Positions 1 through 8,525 of a DNA stretch of 64,000 nucleotides are shown piece by piece. Source of the stretch: Rhodothermales bacterium (lineage in GTDB: Bacteria; Bacteroidota; Rhodothermia; Rhodothermales; JABDKH01); NCBI GenBank assembly GCA_013002165.1, contig JABDKO010000227.1:5142-69141 (forward strand), in the 5' to 3' direction. Made by a program: the position numbers and the translations under genes. Below the pieces are notes generated by a model. The model saw only the letters and a list, made by a program, of their open reading frames with translations. It ran no database searches and was not told where the DNA came from. Position 1 is the first letter of the stretch, and each line of letters starts with the position of its first letter.

Positions 1-1
1 C

Positions 2-1096
2 TTCCCCCCGTCAATCGACGGGATCGGAGACTATACCTCCCGGATTGCGGAAGCACTTGGCACACAGGCAGAAGTGCACGTCCTGACAGGGCCAAAACCG
101 CATGCAACAATTGCGGGAGTACGAGTAGAGACAACCTTCGATCAAGACCCACGGCTTTCCGGTGAAATGCTGGTTGCGGCAGTTGATCGGATTCAACCCG
201 ACTGGGTGCTGGTTCAATACAATCCGTTCAGCTACGGCAAGTGGGGTTACAATCCACACCTGCCGCGATCAATCAGGCAAATCGCAGAAGCTCCCGGTCG
301 CAAGGTCGCATTGATGATTCACGAGCCATATGTGCCCCCGGAAAATCTTCGTTTTCACGTAATGCGGCTCTGGCAGCTGCGGCAGTTTAATTCGCTGATC
401 AACTCGGCTGCGCTCGTGTTCTTCTCCATATCCGCGTGGACTGAGGAGTTTCGCCTAAAATATCCCGACAAGCGCATTGTTCACCTGCCCATCGGGTCAA
501 ACATTCCGTTAGTACCCGGGAATCGATCGCACGTCAGATCGACATATGGAATTAGTGACGATACAATCCTTCTGGGCCTATTCGGAAGCGGTCATCCCAA
601 TAGACTTTTCAACTATATTCATGCGTCCATCAAACAGCTGCGCGATGACGGGGTAGAGGCGCCCCTGTTATACGTTGGCGGTTCGGCTGAAAAACTCCAG
701 GCTGCCATGGCGGGCGCCACCTTTATAGATGGAGGGAAGCTGCCAGCGGATGATGTCTCGAGGCACCTGAGCGCCATGGACATTTATTTATGCCCGTTCG
801 GAAAGGGAGTCTCGTCCCGACGCGGATCGTTTATGGCGGGAATACAACATGGCCTGCCCTGCGTAACAACGACCGGGTCCCAGACCGACAGCTTTTTCAA
901 GAATTATGATGGAGAAGCATTTATCGCATCTCCGGATTCGAGTATTGAAGATTTCTGCCAAAATGTTCGTAGAGTCATTGAGGATGTAACACTTCGCCAT
1001 CGCCTCGCCGAGGGTGGTCGACGTCTTTATACTGAAAGATTCAAGTGGGAAACAATCGCTACCCGGGCGATGAACGCAATGGCCGGCCAGGAGTAA
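2..1096 (+). CDS. Glycosyltransferase, GT4/GT-B fold, 5' end cut by window edge
   Basis: The frame is open from nt 2 (FPPSIDGIGDYTSRIAEALG..., a typical GT4 N-terminal region), so the track start (GTG 74) is probably internal. The C-terminal half has a GT-B donor-pocket-like pattern (RRGSFMAGIQHGLPCVTT). Confidence 0.8.
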   Translation, partial: FPPSIDGIGDYTSRIAEALGTQAEVHVLTGPKPHATIAGVRVETTFDQDPRLSGEMLVAAVDRIQPDWVLVQYNPFSYGKWGYNPHLPRSIRQIAEAPGRKVALMIHEPYVPPENLRFHVMRLWQLRQFNSLINSAALVFFSISAWTEEFRLKYPDKRIVHLPIGSNIPLVPGNRSHVRSTYGISDDTILLGLFGSGHPNRLFNYIHASIKQLRDDGVEAPLLYVGGSAEKLQAAMAGATFIDGGKLPADDVSRHLSAMDIYLCPFGKGVSSRRGSFMAGIQHGLPCVTTTGSQTDSFFKNYDGEAFIASPDSSIEDFCQNVRRVIEDVTLRHRLAEGGRRLYTERFKWETIATRAMNAMAGQE

Positions 1097-1103
1097 TGCC
1101 AGG

Positions 1104-2543
1104 ATGAGCACAGCAAACGCAACCATATCATCTTACGAGGAAACAAGAGCACTCCTTATAACAGCGGGAGTCGTTCTTCTGTCATTTGCCTTTTTTATCG
1201 GTCTCGCCCTGGCGCGGGAGTTCGTGCTAATCAATTACATGCTTCCCGTTTTTCTCGTCGGGATTGGCGCGTGGTTGTATGCAACGCATCCTCCGTACTT
1301 CATTGGCTTCCTGTTATGGGCGTACCTGATCAGTCCGTTCCTGAGACGAGTCCTCGACTATGCCGTCGGTGAGTTCTCCACCAGAAGTACGATGAGTGTC
1401 GCGCCTGTTATTATTGGAGGTTTGCTTGGACTGACGTTCATCCGTTTTTCGGCACATCTGAGAAAGGATGATGTAAGGCCCTTCTTGTATATCGCTATAG
1501 GCGTACTGTACGGGTTCATGATTGGAATTGTAAAGGTTGGCGCTTTTAGTGCAACATGGGACCTTTTCAACTACCTGTTCCCGCTGTTCATCGGCATTCA
1601 GTTTACCATCTTCTGGCAGGACTACCCCCGGTATGTTCGTGTCTTCCGGTCTGTCTTGATCTGGATGGTTCCAATTCTCGGTACGTACGCTGCTTATCAG
1701 TACTTCTTTGCTCCCCCCTGGGATATGTTCTGGCTCGAGGAATCGGGGATGACGAGTTCCATGGGTAAGGCGGAGGCAACTGAGTTTCGGGTATTCAGCA
1801 CACTCAATGCTACCGGACCATTTGCAATCATCATGATGGCAGGCTTGCTTGCGCTATTTGACGGCAAGGGCCTGATGGCACGTTTGTCGGCATTGCCCGG
1901 CTACGGGTCATTTCTGTTAACACTCGTGCGAGCAGCCTGGGGCGGATGGCTCGTTGCTCTGTGTATTATCATTGTGCGCTTTCGATCTCGCCTCCGACAG
2001 CGGCTTGTAGTGGTCCTTCTGGTCGGAGCTGTGTTCGTCACGCCGGCCATGTTCGTTGGGCCGATCGCCGATTCGGTCAATTCGCGAATGGAATCAATCG
2101 GGAGCCTCGAGGATGATGGGAGTGCTTCCGCACGCATCGGATTATTCCAGACCGCATCCAGGACAGTTCTGACGGACCCCATCGGGCAGGGACTTGGCTC
2201 TCTCGGGACCGCGGCCAAATTGAGCACCGGTAGCACGGTAAACTTCGATTCGGGTATTCTGGCGATCCCTGTTACGCTTGGCTGGCCCGGGACGATACTC
2301 TTCATTATGGGCGTCGTGTCGCTTTTGCGGATTACGGTGCCCCTAACGCTAGATAACACTGATCAATTTGCAATAATACTGAATGCGATCGCATGCGCGT
2401 TCCTCACGATGATGGTCTTTGCAAATCAAATCACAAGTATAAAGGGTGTAATCGTTTGGGGGTGCCTTGGTCTTGCAGTGGCCTCCAAGAGATACTATAG
2501 CCACTATCCGCATCTCAAGCCTGAACAGCATATCTCTTCGTGA
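1104..2543 (+). CDS. Polytopic membrane protein, O-antigen ligase/Wzy-type polymerase-like
   Basis: 479 aa with many hydrophobic spans and one large hydrophilic loop (SRMESIGSLEDDGSASARIGLFQ). It sits between glycosyltransferase and sulfotransferase genes. The start is 7 nt after the upstream stop, and it has a 4-nt ATGA overlap with the next gene. Confidence 0.65.
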   Translation: MSTANATISSYEETRALLITAGVVLLSFAFFIGLALAREFVLINYMLPVFLVGIGAWLYATHPPYFIGFLLWAYLISPFLRRVLDYAVGEFSTRSTMSVAPVIIGGLLGLTFIRFSAHLRKDDVRPFLYIAIGVLYGFMIGIVKVGAFSATWDLFNYLFPLFIGIQFTIFWQDYPRYVRVFRSVLIWMVPILGTYAAYQYFFAPPWDMFWLEESGMTSSMGKAEATEFRVFSTLNATGPFAIIMMAGLLALFDGKGLMARLSALPGYGSFLLTLVRAAWGGWLVALCIIIVRFRSRLRQRLVVVLLVGAVFVTPAMFVGPIADSVNSRMESIGSLEDDGSASARIGLFQTASRTVLTDPIGQGLGSLGTAAKLSTGSTVNFDSGILAIPVTLGWPGTILFIMGVVSLLRITVPLTLDNTDQFAIILNAIACAFLTMMVFANQITSIKGVIVWGCLGLAVASKRYYSHYPHLKPEQHISS

Positions 2544-3499
2544 TGGATCGTTTTAGTGAACCGATCAACTTGATATTTGTCGCAAGCATAGGTCGCAGTG
2601 GCTCAACGCTGCTCGAGTCTATGCTTGGAGCGCACTCCGAGATTGAGACAACCGGAGAAGTGCAGATCTGGCCGCACGAAATAATCCAGGGTGGAGTATT
2701 GCCGGTCGGGTCAGGGTTGATGATAGATGAATGCCCTTTCTGGATTGAGATGAAAAAACGTCTTGATCCGCTGGCACAACCGTTTCCGCAAATTCACCAC
2801 TTTCGTGAAAAACATTACGCGGGACGGACCCTGCGACTCGATCGGATCGGGGACCTCCAGAATCGACCTCTTCCTCCGGAAACGCACGCACTGATGATGC
2901 AGTATGCCCGAAACAACTACGAGTTGTTCGCCGCTTTTGCTAATGTAGTTGCAGATACGTCCGGAAAACGGCCCTCATGGTTGGTTGATGCATCAAAAGA
3001 TGCATACCGGTTGATTTGGCTTCTCCGATCTGGCTTATTCAATATCAAAGTCATACAACTGGTCAAGTCGCCGAGGGGTTTTGTTTATTCGGTGACGAAG
3101 CAGTTTCTTGACAAGTCCGTTCCAAATCATACTGCTAAACGACTCTACTTCGGCGCGAGGCAGTCACTGGCCTGGAGTATCCAGAACGAGTTGTTTCATA
3201 AGGTTGCCGAGAACTATCTCGACGAATCCACTTATTCGCTTATCAAGTACGAAACGCTTGCGGCTGATCCGTACAATACATTTAAACAGGTTTGTAATCT
3301 TGTGGGCGTTGATTACGAAAAGGAGGCTGTCGATTCGTTCCGGGATGGCAGTCCTTATTCTATGGCCGGTAATCCGATGAGACACCGATCCGGGGGCATA
3401 GTACTCGACGAAAAGTGGAAGGCATTGCTACCGAACTCCAGCAAACAGGTGGCACAACTGGTCACGTCTTTTAACAGACGGCGATTCGGTTACGAATAG
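2540..3499 (+). CDS. Sulfotransferase family protein
   Basis: It has an N-terminal PAPS-binding loop (IFVASIGRSGSTLLESML) and a later KSPRGFVYS region typical of the 3'-phosphate-binding segment. Confidence 0.8.
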   Translation: MMDRFSEPINLIFVASIGRSGSTLLESMLGAHSEIETTGEVQIWPHEIIQGGVLPVGSGLMIDECPFWIEMKKRLDPLAQPFPQIHHFREKHYAGRTLRLDRIGDLQNRPLPPETHALMMQYARNNYELFAAFANVVADTSGKRPSWLVDASKDAYRLIWLLRSGLFNIKVIQLVKSPRGFVYSVTKQFLDKSVPNHTAKRLYFGARQSLAWSIQNELFHKVAENYLDESTYSLIKYETLAADPYNTFKQVCNLVGVDYEKEAVDSFRDGSPYSMAGNPMRHRSGGIVLDEKWKALLPNSSKQVAQLVTSFNRRRFGYE

Positions 3500-3546
3500 G
3501 CGAACAGCTCGCCCTGAATGATTTTGATTTTCTCACGACGCGAACT

Positions 3547-5451
3547 ATGTGTGGCATAATCGGACAAGTCGGATACGACGGATTGCCTGATACGGAGGGA
3601 TTCGAGGCAGCTCGCGACCTGATGACTCACCGCGGTCCAGACGACGCTGGGATCGACCGGATAGGACCGGCATGTTTTGCATTCAGACGCCTGTCCATTA
3701 TTGACCTGTCTGCCGACGGGCATCAGCCTATGATGTCAACGGACGGCTCCGTCATGCTGCTCTTCAATGGCGAGATCTACAATTACGTAGAGCTGCGCCA
3801 ACGGTTGGTAGCCAGGCGGCAATTCAGATCTCATACAGATTCCGAAGTGATCCTCAACGGATACCTCGAATGGGGATGGGAGAAAATGCTCAGCCTGATT
3901 AATGGAATGTTTGGGATCGCCATCTGGGACAACAATACGGGCATGTTCTATGCGGCACGGGATCGCGTAGGAAAGAAGCCGTTCTTTTTTCGGCGCACGG
4001 CAGACGGACTCGCGTTTTCGTCAACCCTGAATGCGGTCGTTGCTCTGTCGCCTGATAAGCCCGAAGTCGATGCCTCAGCGCTCGACGCATACCTTGTCTA
4101 TCAGGCTGTCCCGTCGCCGGAAACGATTTTCAAGGGATATGATCAGTTGGCTCCAGCGCATCAGATAACATTCGACTGGAACAACAACTCGTTTGAGACC
4201 TCACGCTACTGGGATGTTGATTATTCGAACAAGATAGTCCGTTCGGAAAAGCAAATTCTCGACGACATGGATACGTTGATACGGACCGCGGTCCGGGAGC
4301 GCCTGATGAGTGACGTTCCGCTGGGTGCGTTTCTTTCCGGTGGAGTTGATTCGAGTCTTGTTGTATCGCTCATGGCGCAGGAGGACACCTCGCCGGTGGA
4401 AGCTGTGATCATGGGATTTGAGGACCCGGCCTTTGACGAGCGGCCCTATGCCAGGCAGGTTGCAGAGAAGTGGGGAGTCAGGCTGCATGAACATGTCCTC
4501 GAACCAAACGCAATCGAGGATCTTCCACAAATAGTCTGGCACTATGGTCAGCCGGTCGCTGATGTTTCAATTGTGCCGACATACTATGTTGCGCAAGCGG
4601 CGCGGGAGCACGTAACAGTCGTCCTGAACGGCGACGGTGGAGATGAAGTGTTTGGAGGGTATGCTCGGCCGGTTGTCGCACGGGCAGCCCAGAATTATAG
4701 AAGAGTTTTTCCGGCTGTAGCCAGGCGGGCAATTGCACAAACCTTTAAAGGCGTTAAGAGCGGTCCACTCAAGAAGCTAGCGATGCTTGCCGCGGCCGGT
4801 GGTGGAAGTGCTGAAGAGTCGTTCGTCTATGATCGTGCATTCAGACCGTTCCGGGACTCGGGATACTCTGATCAGCTCATTGCTCAGCTGAACGGCAACC
4901 CCGATCGTTTCTACCGCGATGTCTGGAGATCCGCCGCAGCAACGGATGATACTGATCGAGCGCTCTATGGCGACCTGACGACGTATTTGCCGGATCAGCT
5001 GCTCGCCAAAATGGATGTCTCGACGATGGCACATTCTCTGGAAGCAAGGGCCCCGTTGCTGGACATGAGATTGATTGAGTATGCTGCTACAATTCCGACG
5101 AAGCAGCGTATCAAGCAGTATCGAACTAAGCACTTGCTCAAGAAGCTTGCTGAACGGTACGTTCCTCGCGAAGTGTTGTATCGTCGCAAGAAAGGATTTG
5201 TGATGCCTGCTGCTGACTGGCTTCGTGGTGAACTTAGTCCATTCTTGAAAGCAACTGTTGGATCAAGCCCGTTTCTCGACCGCGGTTGGATCGATCCGGA
5301 TTTTACCCGAATGATGATCGATGAGCACCTGTCCGCGAAGACAAACTGGGGCGAGCAGCTGTGGACTCTTTTTGTTCTGGAGTTGTGGGCGCGCATGATG
5401 ATCGACGGCACTCTGGGGCCCGCAGACAGTCTGGAGGGATTGCTCCAGTGA
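3547..5451 (+). CDS. asnB: Asparagine synthase (glutamine-hydrolysing)-type amidotransferase
   Basis: It starts MCGIIG (Cys2 Ntn glutaminase nucleophile) and has the SGGVDSS PP-loop. At 634 aa it is embedded in a glycan operon, as are polysaccharide-associated AsnB homologs. Confidence 0.9.
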   Translation: MCGIIGQVGYDGLPDTEGFEAARDLMTHRGPDDAGIDRIGPACFAFRRLSIIDLSADGHQPMMSTDGSVMLLFNGEIYNYVELRQRLVARRQFRSHTDSEVILNGYLEWGWEKMLSLINGMFGIAIWDNNTGMFYAARDRVGKKPFFFRRTADGLAFSSTLNAVVALSPDKPEVDASALDAYLVYQAVPSPETIFKGYDQLAPAHQITFDWNNNSFETSRYWDVDYSNKIVRSEKQILDDMDTLIRTAVRERLMSDVPLGAFLSGGVDSSLVVSLMAQEDTSPVEAVIMGFEDPAFDERPYARQVAEKWGVRLHEHVLEPNAIEDLPQIVWHYGQPVADVSIVPTYYVAQAAREHVTVVLNGDGGDEVFGGYARPVVARAAQNYRRVFPAVARRAIAQTFKGVKSGPLKKLAMLAAAGGGSAEESFVYDRAFRPFRDSGYSDQLIAQLNGNPDRFYRDVWRSAAATDDTDRALYGDLTTYLPDQLLAKMDVSTMAHSLEARAPLLDMRLIEYAATIPTKQRIKQYRTKHLLKKLAERYVPREVLYRRKKGFVMPAADWLRGELSPFLKATVGSSPFLDRGWIDPDFTRMMIDEHLSAKTNWGEQLWTLFVLELWARMMIDGTLGPADSLEGLLQ

Positions 5452-6608
5452 ACGAGCCCGACTTGTTGAACATATACCAGACCGGGATGAGCTGGTTGCC
5501 CGAACAGCCGGGTAATGGCCTTGATCGCGTCTATCATGCACTCTTTGAGAACTTGCCACACGCAAACGTTCAGGCTTACGGCTCGGTAGCCGGGTCCCGG
5601 GCGGTAGCGGAGCAGTCAGGGGGTATGATTGTCGCCTTTGACAGCGATAAAGCCTCGCTTGCAACTCGACTGATGAAGCAGCGATTGCTGGTTCGCGCAG
5701 AACTCAAGAAACGGAACTACGATCTCATCGCTTCGCACTTCGCGCTGTACACTTACCCGATACTCGGGCTAATCAAACCGTTTCCGCTTGTAGTGCATTT
5801 TCACGGGCCATGGGCAGATGAGAGTCGAGTCGAGGGCGAGGGAAACAAGGCATACAATTTCAAGAAGTACATTGAGCGCCGGGTATATCGACAGGCGGAC
5901 ATGTTCATTGTTTTGTCAACAGCATTTCGTGATGTGCTCATAGAACACTTTGGAGTTCCCGCGAAAAAAATACGCATAGTACCCGGCGGTGCAGATCTAG
6001 ACCGTTTTGACGTCGGTGGGGATCAGCTGGCTGCCCGCAATCGTCTTGGCTGGGAGAGTGACAAGACAATAATTGTGTCAGTACGCCGTCTCGCCAGGCG
6101 GATGGGTTTGGAGCACTTGATCGATTCCGTGAGTACGCTGTCCGCGCAGTTCCCGGATCTACGACTTAAGATTGCCGGCAAGGGTCCAATCCAGGACGAA
6201 CTGCAGCAACGAATAATTGACCGTAACGCCGGCGATGTGATCGAACTGCTGGGATACGTTCCGGAGGAATTACTTCCGTCGATCTATTCAGCAGCTGACC
6301 TGTCGGTTGTCCCGACGGTCAGTCTGGAAGGTTTCGGCTTGATTACGGTCGAATCACTGGCATCTGGCACTCCATGTCTCGTGACTCCGGTCGGAGGGTT
6401 ACCCGAAGTGGTCCGAGACCTGTCAGCAGACCTTATCACCAGTGACACAACAACAGAATCATTGACAGATTCCCTGGCACGGATCCTCTCCAGAGAGATC
6501 TCCCTCCCTGACTCTCAAATGTGTATCGCTTTCGCGCGTGAACACTACGACTGGAAAGCCGTTGCCCGCAAAACTCGAAAGGTTTATGATGAGGTCCTGT
6601 CACAATGA
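5448..6608 (+). CDS. Glycosyltransferase family 4
   Basis: In-frame GTG 5448 overlaps the asnB stop (GTGA). The track start at 5361 would overlap asnB by 91 nt. It carries a GT4 C-terminal signature (VPTVSLEGFGLITVESLASGTPCLVTPVGGLPEVV). Confidence 0.85.
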   Translation: MNEPDLLNIYQTGMSWLPEQPGNGLDRVYHALFENLPHANVQAYGSVAGSRAVAEQSGGMIVAFDSDKASLATRLMKQRLLVRAELKKRNYDLIASHFALYTYPILGLIKPFPLVVHFHGPWADESRVEGEGNKAYNFKKYIERRVYRQADMFIVLSTAFRDVLIEHFGVPAKKIRIVPGGADLDRFDVGGDQLAARNRLGWESDKTIIVSVRRLARRMGLEHLIDSVSTLSAQFPDLRLKIAGKGPIQDELQQRIIDRNAGDVIELLGYVPEELLPSIYSAADLSVVPTVSLEGFGLITVESLASGTPCLVTPVGGLPEVVRDLSADLITSDTTTESLTDSLARILSREISLPDSQMCIAFAREHYDWKAVARKTRKVYDEVLSQ

Positions 6609-7750
6609 AGCGGGTCCTTTTCGTTGATCAGTCGCAGGTGCTCGGTGGTGCAGAGTTATCATTGATTGATCTGAGCAAGCAGTTTCCAGGATGTGCTGTG
6701 GCGGTCTTCAGCCGTGGTGAGTTTTCGGACAGACTGGAGGAGCTACAGATCAAAATGGTCGATCTCGATGTTGCAAAGGGCCTGAAGGAAGTGAAACGGT
6801 CCGGCGGCAGAATCACCGAGGTTGCCGCAATACCTGCGCTTTTCAGTGCATCTGTCAAACTGTCCCGGGCCGCTAAAGACTTCGATGTGATATATGCGAA
6901 TACCCAGAAGGCAATGCTGGTCGCCGGGATAGCGGGTAAACTATCAGGCAAGCCAGTGATATGGCATCTTCGTGATCTCTTGACGACGGATCACTTCAGC
7001 AATAAACTCATCCGGATATCCGTGTCTGCTGCCAACCATCTTGTTTTAAAGGTGATCGCAAACTCGCATGCAACGGCCGCGAGCTTCATCGATGCAGGTG
7101 GTGACCCGACCAGAGTGAGTGTCATCCACAATGGTGTTGACTCAAGTGCATTCACGGACTTGAGTACTGACGAGTCGACCAGAATACGGAACGACCTTGG
7201 AATCGGGGATGCGCCTGTGGCTGGCATCTTCAGTAGAATTGCCGCCTGGAAGGGCCAACATGTAATGTTGGAGGCTGCCTCCAAATTGCCCGACTGGCAC
7301 GTACTTGTCGTAGGCGACGCACTTTTTCAGAATGATCAAGAGTACAAGGACAGCCTCTTCAGAATCGTGCAGAAAAACGGTATGGACAATCGAGTGCACT
7401 TTCTCGGATTTCGAAATGATGTGCCCGCTCTCATGGCAGCTTGCGACGTAGTCGTCCACACCTCGACCTCACCTGAGCCATTTGGAAGAGTCATCGTTGA
7501 GGGGATGCTTGCACGGACACCTGTCATCGCAGCGCAGGGTGGTGGAGCGAGCGAGATCGTCAGGCACGGAGAGAACGGTTTTCTCTTTGATCCCGACAAT
7601 CCGATTGAACTACGGCAATTGTTATACCAGGTCGCCAGCGACGATACATCCGGTCTGTTAGAAAGCGCATTCGCTGAAGCTGTCGACTACTACTCCGTCG
7701 ACAGGCTTGTCCGCGATGTCCGGGACGTAATAACCTCACTGAATTCGTAA
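6605..7750 (+). CDS. Glycosyltransferase family 4
   Basis: It has an ATGA overlap with the upstream gene and the signature HTSTSPEPFGRVIVEGMLARTPVIAAQGGGASEIV. Confidence 0.9.
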   Translation: MKRVLFVDQSQVLGGAELSLIDLSKQFPGCAVAVFSRGEFSDRLEELQIKMVDLDVAKGLKEVKRSGGRITEVAAIPALFSASVKLSRAAKDFDVIYANTQKAMLVAGIAGKLSGKPVIWHLRDLLTTDHFSNKLIRISVSAANHLVLKVIANSHATAASFIDAGGDPTRVSVIHNGVDSSAFTDLSTDESTRIRNDLGIGDAPVAGIFSRIAAWKGQHVMLEAASKLPDWHVLVVGDALFQNDQEYKDSLFRIVQKNGMDNRVHFLGFRNDVPALMAACDVVVHTSTSPEPFGRVIVEGMLARTPVIAAQGGGASEIVRHGENGFLFDPDNPIELRQLLYQVASDDTSGLLESAFAEAVDYYSVDRLVRDVRDVITSLNS

Positions 7751-8454
7751 TGGCGATAAAAACATGGCTGCTTCGTAAGAAGTTCGACGTACGTTCTGCG
7801 ATAGCAAGGGAGTCCTGGCTCTTCATTCCTCACAATCTCATTGTATGGTGGACCCAGTACAAGGTGAGGAACCATATCGACACTTCGGAATGTCGCGTCG
7901 ATGGGAAAACGGAGTTTGTGCTTGACGGCTTTCAGGGTTCGGGTAACAGCTTCGCAACAGTCACCTTCAAGAACACCCAGGACCATAAGGTTCGTCTCGC
8001 TCATCATCTTCATTCGCCTGCACAGATCATCAAGGCAGTGCAGGCCGGACTTCCGGTGCTGGTTACCATCCGCGAACCGGGTGGAGGAGTCGTATCGTTG
8101 ACCAGTCGATGGACATACGTTACGCTTGAGCAGGGATTGAAAGGTTACATACAGTTCTACGGCAAGCTGATCCCGTTCAGAGATCAGTTCGTTGTCAGTA
8201 CATTCGAGGACACGATCCACTCCTTTGACGACGTTATTCGCCGCGTCAACGACAGGTTTGAAACCGATTTTCAGATTCTGGATTACAGTTCCGGTCTGAC
8301 GAAACCCAGGGCGACTTCCGAAACGGCTTCCTGGGAGACCGAGCGGAATAAGATCAAGGATCAGAAACAGGAGGAACTGAAAGATCCCCGGTATGCCGAT
8401 CTTCTTGCTGAAGCAAGAGGCATTTATTCGCAACTAACAGGCGAAACGGTATAA
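7750..8454 (+). CDS. Hypothetical protein (possibly sulfotransferase/P-loop-like), last gene of the glycan operon
   Basis: Its start overlaps the upstream stop by 1 nt (TAATG). It has a glycine-rich loop (GFQGSGNSFATV). A 247-aa antisense ORF also exists, but that one is Cys/Arg-rich and has no operon logic. Confidence 0.55.
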   Translation: MAIKTWLLRKKFDVRSAIARESWLFIPHNLIVWWTQYKVRNHIDTSECRVDGKTEFVLDGFQGSGNSFATVTFKNTQDHKVRLAHHLHSPAQIIKAVQAGLPVLVTIREPGGGVVSLTSRWTYVTLEQGLKGYIQFYGKLIPFRDQFVVSTFEDTIHSFDDVIRRVNDRFETDFQILDYSSGLTKPRATSETASWETERNKIKDQKQEELKDPRYADLLAEARGIYSQLTGETV

Positions 8455-8525
8455 CCTTTGCCACTGGTATCGTAAAACACGATGTGCCAATTATGACCAG
8501 CCAGGGCATCATGCCTGAAATTTGA

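Noticed and set aside
5361-5447. Several track ORFs have 5' extensions that overlap the upstream gene. They are 5361, 10987, 19060, 20371, 29613, 39015, 51613 and 53737 on the plus strand. On the minus strand they are 37854, 38389 and 46597.
   Set aside because: In each case an internal ATG/GTG gives a canonical N-terminus, such as a signal peptide, a P-loop at the Ras-like distance, MSGLAG, or [10 protein letters not shown]. That start sits at or just after the upstream stop. The extensions are read-through of the neighbouring gene in another frame.
3547-5451. The AsnB homolog in the glycan operon was considered as a second lasso cyclase.
   Set aside because: It retains the Cys2 glutaminase nucleophile (MCGI). 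It has no adjacent PqqD or transglutaminase-like genes or small precursor ORF, and it is embedded among glycosyltransferases.
7690-8433. A 247-aa minus-strand ORF lies antisense to the 7750-8454 gene.
   Set aside because: It has a Cys/Arg/Ser-rich low-complexity composition typical of antisense frames. It has no operon partner on that strand. The plus-strand ORF is start/stop-coupled to the upstream glycosyltransferase.
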